Assembly (NCBI GenBank): GCA_012026655.1
Contig: JAAILG010001998.1
Span: forward strand, 1-59,066
Source: Hydrolagus affinis
Lineage: Eukaryota
Direction: 5' to 3'
Length of the DNA: 59,066 nt
How positions within the stretch are numbered: the first letter of the stretch is position 1; every line of letters begins with the position of its first letter. The notes beneath the pieces were generated by a model that had not been told where the DNA came from, made no database searches, and saw nothing but the letters and a program-made list of their open reading frames with translations. This document shows, one piece after another, positions 1-10,899 of this stretch. A program made the position numbers and the translations under genes.

Positions 1-165
1 TGAGAAGGGGGATAGAGAGATAGAGAGGAGGGGAATAGAGAGGGAGGGGAGGAGGGGTATAGAGAGGGAGGGGAAGAGGGGATAGAGAGATGGAGTGGGG
101 GATAGAGAGATAGAGAAGTGAGGGGGGGAGGGGGTTGAGAGAAACAGAGGAGTGGGGTAAGAAAG
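1..165. repeat. GA/GGA-rich low-complexity tract
   Basis: Purine-only degenerate (GA)n/(GGA)n/gatagagag units from the window start. Confidence 0.85.
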
Positions 166-414
166 AAGCGCGTCCCGAGTCGGGAAATGCCTGGGCCCAG
201 GTTGCTATATTTCAGTGTGGTGACTGTGAAGACCTGGCCAGGAGCAGGTAGGATTGGCGTTTTTATTCCTGCAATTTTTGTCACATTCCGGATATGTCAC
301 ATTCCGGACTTTTGTACACCTAAAATGTTAGCGCTAGGAACTGCTAGGAACTAAACTGATTTTAGCGGGGAGGCTCGGGTTGGGGCGGCATTTTGGCTGC
401 GGCCAAATACAGTA
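166..414. mobile_element. Probable end of a non-autonomous Tc1/mariner-type DNA transposon
   Basis: CpG-rich island in an AT-rich background, ending ...GCGGCCAAATACAG|TA (a mariner-like terminus plus TA). Contains an internal tandem GTCACATTCCGGA x2. The other end is not visible. Confidence 0.4.
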
Positions 415-417
415 ATA

Positions 418-500
418 CAGTTAAACTCTCGCTTAACAAAATTTTCGCTTCACAAAGGGTTTTAAAGTCCCTAACCCGTTCGTTAAGTGGGGTCTACCTG
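418..500. mobile_element. Short Tigger/pogo-like MITE
   Basis: TA|CAGTTAAACTCTCGCTTAAC ... GTTAAGTGGGGTCTACCTG|TA: imperfect TIRs flanked by TA. Confidence 0.55.
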
Positions 501-3500
501 TAGCACATTTGTTTTATCAACAGATTTGACTTTTAATCAAACTATTGACCACTTGATCTTTATAAATCTGTGAAGAGTTAAACTGAAACCCCAGTTCTAT
601 CATTTACACATAATTTTGGGTGGGAGAAATAGTTGAGAAAACTTAAAATAACTTAATTAAAAAGTACACAATGATGGGACAATTTTCATCAGTAACTTTC
701 CCTTTTACATAGGGTCGACTAAACCTAAATTTTATGAACTATATAGCCATTAACAATATATCATCTTTTGCAAACTACTTGTGGCTATATGTTATACGTC
801 CAGATTGCAAAGAGACAGACACAGTTTCCCACACCACTTGAGAAAGTCAAGGGCTTAGTTTGAATGAAAGAGATTCCTCTGTTTTGTTCATAGTTCATAG
901 CTTTTAGCTTCAACAACTCAAATTCTTTGGTTGACTTCAAAGCAGGCATTTCATTGAAGTCCTTTTAATCTTTTATGCTTTTATTGTAATTCTTTTTGGA
1001 ATTTATGTCAAATTAAGTCATCCTAACAGTCATTTTCATAACATTCATAATTTATGGATTCAAGATTGAGCTTTATTTTTCTGAATTCCAAAGGGAATAA
1101 AACAATTTCTTTCTTGCCTTGTTGTGCTGTAAGATGTTTGAGGAATTTGTAATGGTGGCATATGCTTTATCCAAAAAAAATTCTGCACAGGAAAATTCAG
1201 CTTAACGGTAAGACCATTATTTATTATTTTCGTAAATGAGTATTAGTTTGTTTCACCTTTTAACTTTATTTCTTAACATCAAAAAAATCTCAGGTTTGTT
1301 AAGTATTTTGAAGTGCATTAATTGCTTTACCATCATGGGTTCATTAATATTTCTGTTTATTTGAATTCCTCACGTAGGGGAGTTCAGTCAAGGTTGGAAT
1401 AAGGTTTAACTTGGATCTCTCAATCTCATTTACAAGGAGTGAATTTATACATTTCAGGATTTTACCTGGGATTTATTGATATTACTGGATAACATGCTAT
1501 CGCTTATCATTACAATTCATACCTGTGACAATTATGATTGCAGTCTGCTTCGTGCCACAGTGGATCAATCTAGACAACTATCCAATAATGTTTTTGTGAT
1601 AACTATCACCTGAACATATTAGTAATTCAGACATTTAGCAGATACTCTTTGAAGTGATTTGTTCTCACATTTGATTTCAAATTGTATTTAGTTAGCCTCC
1701 TGATTCACCTTTAGTAACTTGTAAATTAATAATTGACAGATTACTCTCCATGTTTTTACTGATAAGATATCAGTAAAAAAAGGAGGATTTTCCTGGAATC
1801 AGTTTGATCTGTTCATTTAAGGAAAATCAGTGCTTTCAATGCATTGTACTTTACCCGTTTTATGTTGAAAAGGCTTATGTTATGGATAAATCAATATAGT
1901 GTTGTGCAATAGTACTGAGCAGTTATTTGAATTTGACGAGTCGCCATTCCTCAGGAACAGTGTTGCGTGTATTGCAACAGACCTTTGAGAGCTGCTTTTA
2001 AGTTTCTTTTCATTTAATTGCAAGGAAGTTAGATAAAGGTAACTGATAAATGTACTTCCAGATCCTGCAGGTATCAATCAGTCCTTTACACTGATAAGAA
2101 ATCTTATACAATGGTTTGAAAATTACAATTCAAATAACAGCAACAACAAAAAAATTATATTTGTACGGTGCCTTTGACGCTATATAAATGTAATTTTGCT
2201 GTTGACATTGGGCGGACGTCTCAAAACACTTCCTGTTAACCCTTCCATTTAATAACCAATTGACACAATTGCTTGACCGAGAGCTCAGTTAGTTGCGTTT
2301 ACTGCACTGAAGCCAGTTAAGTTTCTGTCTTAAGTTATCTAAAATATTCATTGGAATGCCTAAACAGTTGCAATGATTTAAAACTTCAGCCCACCACTCT
2401 CGGTCCAAATAAGTGGTCATCCAAAGTACAAATGTTCTATTGTATTTTAAGATACTTCAGTGGTGCAGCTGTACAGTGCCCTCCAGAGAGATTTCTTTCT
2501 TTCCTTTTATCTTTCTTTCTGTCTTTCCTTCTGTCTTTATTTATCTATCTCTGTCCTTATTAACAATTTACGTGTCGACTCCTCTCAATTGAGATTTTTT
2601 TGTGTCTTGTTATGGTAGGAAATACACACTTTATTAATTACATTTTGTCGACGGGAATATTCCAATTACTACATGTGCAATTGTGCCTCAATGCTTGTAA
2701 CTGGTTGAGCAAAGAGGATGTGCCATTATGAAAGATTTGAGATCTTTGAGCTGAGGAGCAGATCTGCTATATCTCATTGCAGCGAATATTTCCTAATGAA
2801 ATCTTCAACATATTATTACATCTGTTACATTAAGTTATCTATAGATAGATGTTTTGCTATAAGTGTTTTGCTGTTGACCAGAAGAACTACCTTCAGGAAC
2901 CATTAATAAGCGTTTTAAAAAATATTAATTTGCTAAGTTTTGGTCAGCCAGTTTTGACTTTTAACAATTTCCTAACTATTATCACATTGTTTTGCATCAA
3001 TTTGACAAGTACTATCAATGACCTTTATATATTCTAAGGTATAATATATTTCTGTGTTGTGTGCATTTTTTTGGGGGGAGGGGTGCCAAAAAGAGTTTTT
3101 CTTTATTCTAATTGTTAAATTTCCTGGGAAAATGTTGCCAATTTTGTATATTAAAGTAATTACTGCACTTGGCAGAGTAATGACAGGGTTTAAACTATAT
3201 ACATGTTTTATTCCATTTACAGCTGCTCAGTAATCTCTTAAACCATTTAGTGCAACTGCAGAATAATTGGAACAAAATGATTTTTTTTTAAAGAGATGCT
3301 GTCACGACTTAGTGATGCCTTGCCTCAGTAGTGTCCTTGGATAATATATTAACAATATTAGTAACATATTAATAGTAGTAATCAGGAGTATTACTGCATA
3401 ACATAGAATGCTGATGACTAATTTCAATAGAAATCAATAAATTTCACTTTTTGAATTGCAAATCGTAAATTTAGCACTTTAGTACTTTAAGTGTGTTTGA

Positions 3501-4013
3501 AGAACAAATATCATCTCAGAAATATACAATATTATATTAAGGCAGATGTAAGACTAATTTACCTGGAAGCAGAGTAGTTTATATCTGGACAAAGCATTGA
3601 TATTATTTAAAATAGAACTATAGTATTCAAAACTAGTCAAAAAGGTTATTTGAATGTCCTGAGTGGAGAGTACAGTATTGGTTCAGAATGCTACAGACAC
3701 AAATCCACTGTGCTGTGTGTGGTGGTGAGAACCAGAAAGGATCTATGGTACTGCGTGTTTCTTTTGTAAACAAAATAAGTTCTGTTTTAATGCTCTTAAG
3801 TTAAAACAAACAGAATCGTGACATTGCAGGCCTTTGTTTTATGTTTAACTTTCTATAAAATGTAATTCAATCTTGGGAACGCATCTCAGAGAAGCTATGA
3901 CAACAACTAAAAATGCTTAATTGTAATTGCATGAAAACAAGTAATTCACAAAAAAGTCAACCAGTCTGAAACCAATCAGTGTTTGTTTATTGTAAACACT
4001 ATTTCAAAACAAT

Positions 4014-4188
4014 TTTAAACATGTGGTACCTCAGTTACCTCACTGCTTAATATGGAATTGAGCCATGATAGCTCCCCCACCATTGCACATACAGTACCTG
4101 TTGCAATTGGATAGTTTATGGTTTCAAGTGGATTCATGGCTCAATTCCATATTAAGCAGTGAGGTAACTGAGGTACCACATGTTTAAA
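4014..4188. repeat. Perfect 55-bp inverted repeat with a 65-bp spacer
   Basis: 4014-4068 (TTTAAACATGTGGTACC...GAGCCATGA) is the exact reverse complement of 4134-4188. Confidence 0.95.
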
Positions 4189-4758
4189 GTAAATCTAATT
4201 AAGTGCGAAGACAAGAAGAAAAGTTGGGATCAGGACAGCATGTGAATTGACTTGTTTGCTGTGCATTTATAGAAACTCTCAACTTCCAAAACCTATAGGC
4301 TCCATATTCATAAGGAAGTTCATAACCAGGTTGGGGGTGGAGGAGAAGGAATGTTTCAAAACCAGGATTTGTTTTCAGTGTCCAGTTTATATTCTTTCAA
4401 CAAAAGAAAACAAGGGAGGCCCATTCGAAGGATTGGCACATCTGAGATGCAAAAAAAAAAGCCCACACGAGACTCAAAAAAGGGTCACCAACTCAAAGTG
4501 CCTCCTCACCAACACCTTCGAACACTACGCAACATATCTCAGGATTTTCCCAACGTATTTCCTTGAGCACAAGGGATCCTTCATGTGCAGTTTGAATACT
4601 GGTAGATACAAATTGCACAATTCGCCAGGATTGCAGATTGAATGAAAACATGCAACAATAAGCAGTTTCTTTCAAATCTGATTTGAATGAATTTGGAAAT
4701 GGCAACGTCGATGGGTGATTCAGCCGAAGAAAAAACCACTCAATTATTTCTGACGATA

Positions 4759-5056
4759 GGTCAGCTGGTGAGACCAAGCTGGGGAGACCTGTGTTTGAAT
4801 CCAGGCAGGTCAGGGCGAAACCTTGGGCAAGTTTCCTTACTCCACATGCCTAATAATAATCCGTCCAAAAAAAACACAATAGTAAAATTGGTCATTTCAG
4901 TCCACGACTGTGTGTGGAACACTGCTGTGCGCAATTGGCTGCCGCGATTCGCCCACAAATATACAGTCAATTCACTTAACAGTATATTCTGTGAAGTGCT
5001 TTGGGACGTCGATAAGATGTGAAAAGCGCTATATCAAATGCAAGGATTATTATTAT
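4759..5056 (+). mobile_element. tRNA-head SINE with L2-type tail, (ATT)n end
   Basis: B-box-like head, then ACCTTGGGCAAGT, body GCGCAATTGGCTGC and tail TGTGAAAAGCGCTATATCAAATGCAAGG(ATT)n. Many paralogous copies occur in the window. Confidence 0.85.
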
Positions 5057-5062
5057 ATAGCA

Positions 5063-5217
5063 TCCTGAAACGTGAACCCAATTTTCACTCTGTCTCTATA
5101 GATGCTGCCTGAATGCTTTTCAGCGCCTTGGGACGTCCTCCTGATGTGGAAGGCACTATACAAGTGTAATTTTGTTGCTGTTGTTGTTGAGTGTTCCCAG
5201 GCGACTTCTGTCTCTGC
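5063..5217 (-). mobile_element. Penelope-type terminal-repeat fragment interrupted by an L2 3' end (5121-5189)
   Basis: Flanks GAAACG...GATGCTGCCTGA and GAGTGTTCCCAG match the reverse complement of 33740-33870. The insert CAGCGCCTTGGGACGTCC...(GTT)n recurs about 10 times in the window. Confidence 0.6.
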
Positions 5218-5379
5218 ATTAAATTAACAGATTTACCGGATGGCGGGTAACCTTACCTGATCACCGGGTAAAGGGTGACGCCCCACCTCTTCACTGACAC
5301 CTGTGGGGTAAAGGGTATGGGAAAAAGTAAAGGAAGGTAATAAATGAAAGGGAACAGAGAAGTTATGGGTGAGTGATTT

Positions 5380-5670
5380 CCCAATGGGATGGGGGGTGGA
5401 TTGGGTGGGGGGTGTGTGGAGGGTGGGGTGGATTGGGGGGAGAGTGAGAGGTTGATTGTGAGCTGTTTTTGCTCAGTCATTGTGAACATCTCCATTTATG
5501 GCTAGAGCTTCCTTCCCCCACTGGCCACTGTCAACTTCAAAGGGGAGGGGTGGTGGTGGGGGGTGGGGGGAGTGTAGTCACTGGGGGCCATTTTGTTGTT
5601 AGACTCCGCCCCAGAGGAAGCGGGGCTTTAAAAATCACTTTAAAACCGGTTTCTGTCAGTGTCCGGGCTG
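5380..5670 (+). promoter_or_regulatory. Putative SLC35G1 promoter
   Basis: GC-rich island upstream of the ATG. YY1-like GCCATTTTG (5587), GC box CTCCGCCCC (5604), ETS-like AGGAAG (5615), TTTAAAAA (5627) and multiple G-tracts. Confidence 0.6.
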
Positions 5671-5950
5671 GAGAGAGAGAAAAGAGAGAGAAAGGAGAGA
5701 GAGAGAGAAAGAGGGATAGAAAGAGAAAAGGAGAGAGGGGGGAAGGAGGGAAAAAGTGAGAGAGAGGGAAAAAGTGAGAGAGAGGGAAAAAGTGAGAGAG
5801 AGGGAAAAAGTGAGAAAAGGAGAGAGAGGGAAAAGAGAAAGAGGGGAAAGTGAGAGAGAAAGGGAACAAGAGAGAGAGAGGGAAAGAGAAAGTGATAGAG
5901 GGAAGGAGAGAGAGAGAGGAAGAGAAAGGGAGAGAGAAAGAAAGAGAGAG
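5670..5950. repeat. (GA)-rich tract with 4 x 18-bp tandem GAGGGAAAAAGTGAGAGA, probably in the SLC35G1 5'UTR
   Basis: Directly visible. The 18-bp period runs from 5746 to about 5815. Confidence 0.85.
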
Positions 5951-5972
5951 ATGAGAAGGTGGCGGCTTTAAC

Positions 5973-6324
5973 ATGAGCGGTTCACTGACAGTTACTGTGT
6001 CTCCCGGGGCTGAGCATCTCCGGACCCTACAGACACATGGCGGCCCGGCTGAGGGGGGGAGTGAGGGGGTGGGGGAGGGGGGGAGTGAGGGGGTGGGGGA
6101 GGGGGGGAGTGAGGGGGTGGGGGAGGGGGGGAGTGAGGGGGTGGGGGAGGGGGGGAGTGAGGGGAAGGACGGTGGCCCGGTACCGGAGAAGCAGAGAGAG
6201 CCGAGCCCAGGAGAAGGAGGAGAAGGGGGAGTAAGAAGAGTGAGAGGCGGTGTGTACAGCTCGGTGCCGGCTGTAGCTGGCGATGGTGAAGGAGGTGATG
6301 GCGGGGACTCGTGCAGTGCAGCAG
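5973..6324 (+). CDS. SLC35G1: SLC35G1 coding exon 1 (low-complexity N-terminal tail)
   Basis: ATG with A at -3 inside a CpG-rich island. Open frame to the donor CAG|GTACCA. The phase-1 end matches the exon 2 start (G+CC = Ala). Assigned by position and phase, not by sequence similarity. Confidence 0.72.
6051..6163 (+). repeat. 24-bp G-rich coding minisatellite, about 4.7 copies, encoding (EGGSEGVG)n
   Basis: Unit GAGGGGGGGAGTGAGGGGGTGGGG repeated exactly. Confidence 0.95.
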
Positions 6325-6329
6325 GTACC

Positions 6330-6820
6330 AACTCACTCACTCACTAACCTACTCACTCACTAACCCACCCACTCACTCACTAACCCACTCACTAACTTAC
6401 CTACTCACTCACTAATCCACTCACTAACTTACCTACTCACTCACTAACTAACCCACTCACTAACTTACCTACTCACCCACTCACTCACTAACCCACTCAC
6501 TCACTAACTAACCCACTCACTAACTAACCCACTCACTCACTCATCCACTCACTAACTTACCAACTCACTCACTAACTAACTAACCCACTCACTAACTTAC
6601 CTACTCACACTAATCCGTTCCCTCACTCACTAATCTACTCACTGACACACTTAACTAACCGGCACACTAACTCGCTCACCCACTAAGTCACTCACTAACT
6701 TACTCACTCACCCATTCACTCACTGACCCACCCATTAACTCATTCACTCACTAACCTACCTACCCACCCACTCAATAACTAACTAACCACCCACTAACTC
6801 GCTCGCTCACTCACTCATTT
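6330..6820. repeat. Compound tetranucleotide microsatellite (CACT/AACT/ACCC)n at the start of intron 1
   Basis: Directly visible. Confidence 0.95.
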
Positions 6821-7924
6821 ACCCATCTGAGCCTTTTAATACCTCGCTCCCTGTAGTCAGGATCAGCCAGTCAGGCACAGTCAAACGTGTTGTGACTTGT
6901 TATTAAATATATATTGAAAAGTTGCAGTAATTTGGTTACACAAAAAAAAGTTGCAGTGACTTTTTGAAACTCGATACCTTCGTTGTTCGTCCTTCCTGAT
7001 GTGCCTAGATGGTGAATGGGTGTCTCAGTTACTCAAGTTCAGTGGTTTAACACCTACCTGTTGATTGAGGTGCTGTGCTCATCTTTGAATTGAAACACTT
7101 AGAAGCTGTAATTGTGAGACTCCAGGCATCTCAATTTAAAGGGGCTGTACTGTGATCCCCAATCCTCATATCTCTCTGTCTCTCACTCACTCCCCCTCCC
7201 CCTTCCTTCCTTCACCTCCCCATCCATGTTTGGCTACCAGGCTAGAGTCTTCTAGTTGTTCAGTTCTCTTTATATACACACAGTGGTTACAGCATTCCTT
7301 GACTGGGAAAAATGTTTTCATTTCGTGGAACTTGCTTTGAAAACTGATGCCCTTGTACATGCTCTCTCTCGCTTTCTCCCACACAAACATCCCAGTTTAG
7401 TCTATAGGTTATTAAAAACAATACTGTACTGTGCTCCTCACACAGCACTTGACTGAGATCGAGATGAAGGGATATGAAAATGGGGTGGGTAAACAACAAC
7501 ATAATTACATTTAATGGAATTAGGATAGAAGATCAACTTGTGATCTTATTAAATGTTGGGGCAGGCTTGAAGGGCCGAATGGCCTACTTCTCATGTTCAT
7601 CTCAAGCTGTTTTTGTTCTATTTGCCTCCTTCCTCTTCCAAGACCTTTTTTTTTATATATGTGATGTTTAAAAACACATGTGACCTTGTGAATGTCACAA
7701 TTATACCCACTGCTCATGTAAAGATGAACTGTTTTTAAAAAGTTTTTTTAAAAAACAAACATGCTGCATGGGGAAGAGGAGGAAGTAGTATGGTATTGAA
7801 ATTATAGCCTGCGTGCGAAATCATTGGCTGGTCTTGGCCAGATTCAGAACCCAGTTTGAATTAATGTCATTTAGTATCCATGGCCTGGCAAATGCAGTCA
7901 TAAACGTTGTATCACTGTATTTGC

Positions 7925-8277
7925 TAGAGTCCGTTGATATGGAAATTTTCCGATATCGATATATCGGTGGGCTCATATCGATTATAATATCGATATCGCC
8001 GGGTTTTTTATACTGCACATGCGCGCGCATTCGGAGATGCACGCACATTCCATGCTCTAGGCCCAGGAGGTTTGCAATGCCGGCGACAAGGTAAGTTGAA
8101 AAAGTTTGCTTTATACCGATATAACCGATATATCGATATATCGCCGGACACGATATACCAATATTTGCGATATACCTATATTTTTTTCATATCGAATTTT
8201 TTGATGTATCGATATATTTGAATTTCCAATATCGGCATATCGATATGAAAAATTATACCGATATAACCGATATATCG
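7925..8277. mobile_element. Non-autonomous hAT element (MITE), copy 1
   Basis: 8-bp TSD GTATTTGC (7917-7924 and 8278-8285). Starts TAGAGTCC, dense in CCGATAT/ATATCGG motifs. Inverted paralogue at 23976-24349. Confidence 0.9.
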
Positions 8278-8879
8278 GTATTTGCCATATCATCAACAAG
8301 AATACCATACCAGCACAGGAGATCTCATCCAGCAACCAATATTGTGCTCCAGTCTGCAAAACACTCCCGTGCCAAAGTTAGTTTGGAAGGACTTTGTGCA
8401 CCTCTTGTGTTCTATCAAGGCACAAATCTATGATCCATGTTTAACTGTGGAGTTGAGCAATATGTGGATTTCAAATTACAACAACATATCATAGCTCACT
8501 GTTCATTTTTGTTTCCCAGGGTGGGGAAAGATTAATGATCCTTTAGTTAAAGCAAACTTAATGACAATATAAGTTCTCACATTTTTATTGACAGGGCTAT
8601 AAAAATAATTTTATTTGGTGATAACTCTTTTGCTGTCCTATGTTACTCAACAGTAATACATTGCCCTAATTCATTAGTCCACATATGGTTTCTGGTAAGC
8701 ACTAGGTACTTTGAGCTGAGGAGAAAGAATAGGTAAGAGTTAATTTCATGCTAACTTAAACCAGTGGTTTACCAAACAAGGAATGGTCATCTTATCATTC
8801 ATTCATTAGATTAAATAGATATAGCCCCTTGCTTTTTGGTATAGGAGCTGCCCTCAATTGCTAATCCCATGGCACCAAC

Positions 8880-9188
8880 TAATAATAATAATCTTTGCAT
8901 TTGATACAACACTTTTCATGTCTTCTAGACATCTCAAAGCGCTTCACAGAATATATTGTAAAGTGAATTGACTATATATATATGCGTGAAATGCAGCAGC
9001 CAATTGCGCACAGCAGTATCCCACAAACAGTGATGCATTGAAATGACCAATTTCTAATTGTTCTTTTTTTTCTAAGGGATTATTATTAGGCATTTGGAGT
9101 AAGGAAACTAGCCCAAAGTTTCACCATGACCTGCCTAGAATCCAACCCAGTTGTAAGGCGAGTGCTCTAACCACTGAGCTACAGGACT
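8880..9188 (-). mobile_element. tRNA-head SINE, near full length
   Basis: The reverse complement starts AGTCCTGTAGCTCAGTGGTTAGAGCACTCGCCTTACAA (A box) and ends in an (ATT)n tail. Confidence 0.88.
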
Positions 9189-9232
9189 ATTCAGTTATGT
9201 TCATGTAAGGTTAAATGCATTAACTCAATATA

Positions 9233-9485
9233 ATTCTTCACTCAGAGGGTAGTAAATTTATGGAATTTATGGAATTCACTACACCAGAAGGCTGTAGATG
9301 CTCAGTCCTTGAACATTTTCAAGGCTGAGACTGATAGATTTTTTTAAAATAGAGGGATTAGGGGAAATGAGGATAGGGCAGGTAATTAGAGTTAGGTCAG
9401 AGGATCAGCCATGATCTTATCAAATGGTGGGGCAGGCTCGATGGGCCGAATGGCCTACTCCTGCTCCTAATTCTTATGTTCTTAT
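9233..9485 (+). mobile_element. CR1 LINE 3' end (shark HER1-type tail)
   Basis: TTCTTCACTCAGAGGGTAGTAAATTTATGGAAT (FFTQRVVNLWN) ... GGGCCGAATGGCCTACTCCTGCTCCT...TCTTATGTTCTTAT. Further fragments at ~7430-7600, ~10640-10850, ~12730-12830 (-) and ~50960-51117. Confidence 0.88.
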
Positions 9486-10899
9486 AATTCATGTTCATTT
9501 CAAATCTACTGGATCAGACCACCAGATATGCATTGTAGTGAAGAGCATAGTTTTTGTTTATTTGCCAATAGATGTTTATTCACTTGTAGTTCCAATTCAT
9601 TACTGCATAATTCATTACTGCAACTTGATAATTATTAACCCGAATTCTCATTGGCTTTTGGGGGAAAAAGAACCATTATCTGAGTAACTGCTTTTTATTT
9701 TCTCCTGACAATGTGAAGTTATAAAGACAGTGTTTAGTTTCCTCCATGTCCATGGTTATATGAGATGATGCAATTGGCATTCATGTTCTGCAGGATATCT
9801 TTCACTTTTTAGAATAGTTCATTGTGCTGGTGCTACTTTTTGAGTTCTTCTATGTCACATATGTACAATACCAACCTTTCATCTCTAGGACTTGAGTTTG
9901 AATCTGTAAGAATAACAATGGATTCCTTTTCTTGTTTGTGAGTAAAGGTTTGGAATGTGAAACTGAGCAGCAGGTAAAAGTACAAAATGAATTAAGCAAA
10001 CATCTGCTAACCTGGTAGCAAAGTTCTTCTATAAACTAAGGCTAAGGCTTACAATATATTCTGTGAAGCGTTTAGACACATCTAGAAGATGGTAAAAGCA
10101 CTATATCGAATGCAATGATTATTATTACAATTAATGCTAATTAAATAAGTATTTGATTTACGAGGATTCTTTAAATAGTTGATATTCCTCTTTAATTTAG
10201 GTTTGCTATTCATAATGTTTATTTATTAAACAGTTTCAGTTATTGTGCTGAGTGTTTGCCATTACATCAATTTGCCATTGTTTACTGTATAATGTTTGCT
10301 ACAAAAACAAATAGAAAATGAATAAATTGGTCACTCGATCCACTGCTGTTTGTCTGACACTGGTGTGCACAATTGGCTGTGTTTCATCCACAAAATAAAC
10401 AGTTAGTTAGTTCATTTTGCAGTATATTCTGTGAGGCGCAGTGAGATGATGCAAAGATGTGGTAAGGCACTATATCAAAGGCAAAGATTATCATAAATTG
10501 TTTTTGCTGATGGGATATGGATAAACAATTCATTCTGATTTTAAAATTTAGGTAAAGAAATGTAGCAACAATCAGGTCCACTGTTGTTTACATTGTTCCA
10601 ATATTTTATGGTGTGCACACTTTACATTATTACATGATCGGCATTATAAAGAATTAAAGGAGAGGTTAGGAAATCTTTATTTGTACATTAGGTGTTTGCG
10701 TCACAGGAATTATTGTAAGAGGGAATTAGATAGATGCTTAAAGAGGATGCATATTAAAGGGTATAGGAGTGAGCAAGAGATGGTCTGTTGGATAAAAAGA
10801 ACAGGGACCTTTGGAACAAATGTTTCTTGCTGTAACATTCTATAAATGTAGGATAATTATAGAATCCTAATTCTAATTACAGTAGAATTATAGAATGTA

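Noticed and set aside
500-4000. LGI1 exons expected upstream by synteny
   Set aside because: No LRR/EPTP-like coding sequence was recognised; the gene presumably lies outside the window.
5537-6340. 267-aa Pro/Ser-rich minus-strand ORF and the other overlapping ORFs (REREKV, RGWGRGG repeats)
   Set aside because: These are by-products of GA- and G-rich repeats that lack stop codons. Only the 5973 frame has a phase-compatible donor to exon 2.
7925-8277. Repeated CCGATAT motifs as a CRISPR-like array
   Set aside because: There is no constant repeat/spacer period and the context is eukaryotic. The TSDs identify a hAT element.
7813-8494. ORF cluster with RYRYI-type peptides, mirrored at 23985-24335
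   Set aside because: Translations of a non-coding MITE; no transposase motifs.
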